The notes under the pieces were generated by a model. It was given only the letters and a program-made list of their open reading frames with translations, had not been told where the DNA came from and made no database searches. Shown piece by piece: positions 60,876 through 64,000 of a stretch of 64,000 bases of DNA; position 1 is the stretch's first letter; each line of letters opens with the position of its first letter. The position numbers and the translations under genes are program-made. Origin of the DNA: Candidatus Multivoradales bacterium (GTDB lineage: Bacteria > Acidobacteriota > Thermoanaerobaculia > Multivoradales > JAHEKO01); contig CBDFIJ010000004.1 of the NCBI GenBank assembly GCA_965248055.1, positions 1,792,001 through 1,856,000 on the forward strand. The letters are read 5' to 3'.

Positions 60876-61811
60876 TCAGCTACCTAGCGCAGTCGATTGT
60901 AGATCCTTAGCCATCCAACTGTCGCACGCCGAGTGCCCGGTGCATCCCATCGGGCCTTCCAAGGGTTCGAACCCATGCTTTGCGTACAACTTGCGCGCGT
61001 GATGCATCGAATCCAGGGTTTCGAGATAGCAGCGCTGATAGCCAATACTACGGGCGGCGTCCAACGATGCGTTCAGCACCCGAGTACCCATCCCGGTGCC
61101 GCGTAGTTCCGACAAAAAGTACATCTTTTTCAGTTCGCAAGTGTCGTCGTCCCCGCCTACCAAGGGTGCGATTCCACCGCATCCCAAAAGGCGCTCCTTT
61201 TTCGCCACAACAAAAAATGCCGCGCGGTCTCCTGCATAGGCCTGGTACATGTCGTCCACTTCCGGGTCTTCAATCGAATACCCCGGCCCCACCGCGCCAA
61301 ACTCCGTCATCACCTTGCGAATGACTCCCGCCACCACCGGGTTGTCCTTTGGCTCGATCGCTCGCAATGTAAAGCCACGGCTCAACCGCGCATAACGCAG
61401 TGCGCGCGCGTAGCGCGCCAGTCCGCGCACCACGATGACGCGCTCGGGTTCAGCAACGAACTGCAGCGCTTCATTGACCTGTTGATCGGCAACCAGGCTG
61501 ATGGTCTCCAGTTCTTTGATGCCATCCTGAGTGACCTGCAGTGGCTTTCGGCGGCGATCGCCGGAACGAGTTTGGCAAGTCACTAGGTGCTTCTTTTCCA
61601 GCGCCGAACAAACCCGGCTCACCGTCGATTTATCCAACACCAAACGCTCCGCAATCTCCACAATCGTTCCTTCACCTAGATTATTGAGCACAAATAGAAA
61701 GTGGGCTTCCGACAAGGACAACGGACCGCCACAGGCGATGCCCTCCAGCAAGTTGAGTTCACGAACTAATTGCCTGGACGCCTGTCGCACCGCTTGGGTC
61801 TCTGTCGTCAC
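60876..61811 (-). CDS. MarR-family HTH + GNAT acetyltransferase fusion
   Basis: DKSTVSR, DRR; ELKKMY, RGTGMG, YLET; GTG start inferred. Confidence 0.9.
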   Translation of the reverse strand: MTTETQAVRQASRQLVRELNLLEGIACGGPLSLSEAHFLFVLNNLGEGTIVEIAERLVLDKSTVSRVCSALEKKHLVTCQTRSGDRRRKPLQVTQDGIKELETISLVADQQVNEALQFVAEPERVIVVRGLARYARALRYARLSRGFTLRAIEPKDNPVVAGVIRKVMTEFGAVGPGYSIEDPEVDDMYQAYAGDRAAFFVVAKKERLLGCGGIAPLVGGDDDTCELKKMYFLSELRGTGMGTRVLNASLDAARSIGYQRCYLETLDSMHHARKLYAKHGFEPLEGPMGCTGHSACDSWMAKDLQSTALGS

Positions 61812-61817
61812 GAGGGC

Positions 61818-61858
61818 AGTATATTTGCATTTGGTTGTCTCCTGCAACCACTTGGTTG
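61818..61858 (-). promoter_or_regulatory. Candidate promoter (TTGCAG-N18-TATACT) overlapped by TGGTTG/CAACCA inverted repeats
   Basis: TGGTTG 61832..61837, CAACCA 61845..61850, TGGTTG 61853..61858; the -10 lies 6 nt before the GTG at 61811. Confidence 0.5.
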
Positions 61859-61953
61859 TAACCTGTTTAAGTTAGTTCAGATTTACGCCCTGACTCTAGT
61901 AGTGACATGCTTATTGAGGTACCGATGCGGTGTTCAAATCAAGAGGCGATGCG

Positions 61954-63561
61954 ATGAAACGTGGCACTGATGTCCTAAACAACCCCTGGCAAAACAAAGG
62001 AACTGCCTTCACCCAAGAAGAGCGAGAGCGACTTCGGCTTCACGGACTGTTGCCGACGTCGGTCAGCACTCCAGCGCAACAAGTTGCGCGCACTCTTGAA
62101 AACTTACGGCGTAAAGAATCGGACCTGGAACGTTACGTCCTGCTGTCTTCTCTCCAGGGCCGCAATGAGCGCCTCTACTACCAAACCGTGATCTCCCACA
62201 TCGAGGAGATGATGCCGATCATCTACACCCCAACAGTCGGTCAGGCGTGCAAGGAATTCGCCCATATCTATCGCCAACCCAAGGGTTTTTATGTCACCCC
62301 TCAGGATCGCGGTGGAGTCCGAAAATTGCTCGACAACTGGCCAGAGACGGACATTCGGGTGATCGTGGTGACCGATGGCGAACGCATCTTGGGGCTCGGT
62401 GATCTCGGGGCCAATGGTATGGGAATTCCGATCGGCAAGCTGGCTCTCTACACCGCCTGTGGCGGCATTCATCCGCACCAATGTCTGCCGGTAATGTTGG
62501 ATATCGGTACCAATAATCAAGAACTGCTCGAGGATCCTCTCTATCTCGGTGTACGCCAACCACGACTGACCGGTGCCGCCTATGACGATCTGGTTGAAGA
62601 GTTCGTCTTGGCAGTGCAAGACGCCTACCCCAAAGCTTTGATTCAGTTCGAAGATTTTCTGACTCCCAATGCCTACGGGTTGCTGCAACGCTATCGAGAT
62701 CGGGCGTTGTGTTTCAACGACGATATTCAAGGAACCGCCGCGGTGGCTCTGGCCGGTGTCTTGGCCTCAACTCAAGGCACCCGGATTCCGTGGACTGAGA
62801 CCCGGGTGATGTTTGTGGGTGCCGGATCCGCCGCCACCGGCATTGGCGACCTGATGGTCCATTCTTGGACCGAAGACGGCCTGACCTCAGCGGAGGCCTA
62901 TGAGCGATTGAGTTTCGTTGATTCGCAAGGCTTGGTTACCTCGGGTCGCGACCATATCGCCGAGCACAAAAGACCCTATGCGCGAGACCAAGCTCCAGCC
63001 AGCTTGATCGAGGCGGTTGATCAACTCAAACCCCACGTCTTGATCGGCGCCACCGGTACCCCGGGCACCTTCACCGAGCAGGTCGTGAGTCGCATGGCCG
63101 AGCTCAACCCAACGCCGGTGATCATGGCTCTCTCCAACCCCACTTCCCGCGCCGAATGCACTCCTGAAGAAGCCTATCGATGGAGCCATGGTCAGGCGTT
63201 GTTCGCCTCGGGAAGTCCGTTTGATCCGGTGATCGTCGACGGCCAAGAAAGACGCCCCGCCCAAGGGAACAACGCCTATATCTTTCCCGGGGTCGGGTTG
63301 GGGGTGATTGCCGCACAGGCAACCCACGTCACCGACGCCATGTTCATGGCCGCCGCACGCAGCCTTGCGGAACATGTGACTCCCGCTTTGATCCAAACCG
63401 GATCGCTCTACCCACCCCTGACCGAGATTCGAGCTGTGTCTCGAGCCATTGCCATAGTCGTTGCAGAAATCGCCTTTGCCGAAGGTAGCGCACAACGGTC
63501 AAGGCCGGACCACCTGGAAGCTGAGGTCGAGGCATTGATGTGGTCACCGTCCTACGACTAA
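61954..63561 (+). CDS. maeA: NAD(P)-dependent malic enzyme
   Basis: NKGTAFT, YTPTVG, TDGERILGLGD, FNDDIQGT, GAGSA, LSNPT. Confidence 0.95.
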   Translation: MKRGTDVLNNPWQNKGTAFTQEERERLRLHGLLPTSVSTPAQQVARTLENLRRKESDLERYVLLSSLQGRNERLYYQTVISHIEEMMPIIYTPTVGQACKEFAHIYRQPKGFYVTPQDRGGVRKLLDNWPETDIRVIVVTDGERILGLGDLGANGMGIPIGKLALYTACGGIHPHQCLPVMLDIGTNNQELLEDPLYLGVRQPRLTGAAYDDLVEEFVLAVQDAYPKALIQFEDFLTPNAYGLLQRYRDRALCFNDDIQGTAAVALAGVLASTQGTRIPWTETRVMFVGAGSAATGIGDLMVHSWTEDGLTSAEAYERLSFVDSQGLVTSGRDHIAEHKRPYARDQAPASLIEAVDQLKPHVLIGATGTPGTFTEQVVSRMAELNPTPVIMALSNPTSRAECTPEEAYRWSHGQALFASGSPFDPVIVDGQERRPAQGNNAYIFPGVGLGVIAAQATHVTDAMFMAAARSLAEHVTPALIQTGSLYPPLTEIRAVSRAIAIVVAEIAFAEGSAQRSRPDHLEAEVEALMWSPSYD

Positions 63562-63571
63562 AGTCGCAACC

Positions 63572-64000
63572 ATGAATCAGAACCCAGCCGCTACAGACCT
63601 TCGATACCCCATTGGTCAGTTCAAACCAGTAGACGACCCCCTAGCGGCACAAGTTTCCCAGTGGCTCGACCGGATCGAGGTGCTTCCAAGGGAGCTGCGC
63701 TCGGTGGTGGCAACGCTCTCTGAGGAGCAACTGGATACTCGGTACCGTCCCGAGGGATGGACGCTACGCCAGGTGGTACACCACTTGGTAGATTCCCACT
63801 TGAACGCCTATGTACGCTGCAAGTGGGCCTTGACCGAAGATTCGCCTGAGATCAAAACCTACCAAGAGGCTCTGTGGGCGGAGTTAGTGGACTATCGGGA
63901 CACACCGATCGAGGCCAGTCTTCAATTTCTGCAAGCGCTCCACGCGCGCTGGATCATTTTGTTGCGTGGCCTGTCCGAGGACCAACTGAGACGGAAGTTT
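63572..64000 (+). CDS. YfiT/BstA-family DinB thiol transferase (partial, runs off the window)
   Basis: Manual translation, absent from the ORF track: DLRYPIG, YRPEGWT, VHHLVDSH, KWALTED, LHARW. Confidence 0.92.
   Translation, partial: MNQNPAATDLRYPIGQFKPVDDPLAAQVSQWLDRIEVLPRELRSVVATLSEEQLDTRYRPEGWTLRQVVHHLVDSHLNAYVRCKWALTEDSPEIKTYQEALWAELVDYRDTPIEASLQFLQALHARWIILLRGLSEDQLRRKF

Noticed and set aside
1-64000. CRISPR array, tRNA, rRNA, riboswitch
   Set aside because: No regularly spaced repeats or recognisable RNA signatures seen by eye; an Infernal/tRNAscan run is needed to exclude small RNAs

Overview
Bacterial chromosomal window with moderately high GC; the gene content is compatible with an Acidobacteriota-like diderm, but that is inference only. 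About 50 genes; I recognised no rRNA, tRNA or CRISPR array. Housekeeping blocks: tyrS; dprA-topA-trmFO-xerC-(PH protein)-hslV-hslU-lipoprotein-dapF; purL-purQ; msrAB; panE; csaA; yaaA; malic enzyme. Accessory regions: (i) 2.1-12.4 kb, a NoeA-like kinase+methyltransferase, three paralogous membrane-anchored alkaline-phosphatase-superfamily (NoeB/LtaS-like) proteins and a YLDPGTGG micropeptide, with a ~2 kb tandem duplication that has near-identical edges and a diverged core, plus an IS256 with a 9-bp TSD and a mutated catalytic Glu; (ii) a TPR/unknown/peptidase-propeller-Omp85 operon; (iii) a triple-adaptor MacB-type exporter; (iv) a decaying patch at 43-54 kb with higBA between two damaged cupin copies, further pseudogenes, and an alpha/beta-hydrolase + TPR-trypsin pair that resembles a protease-activated conflict module; (v) an IS481-like element followed by a B12 radical SAM + squalene synthase-like pair. 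Best candidates for a poorly described system: the kinase-MTase/transferase/micropeptide locus and the hydrolase-protease pair. All calls come from reading motifs by eye; no searches were run.
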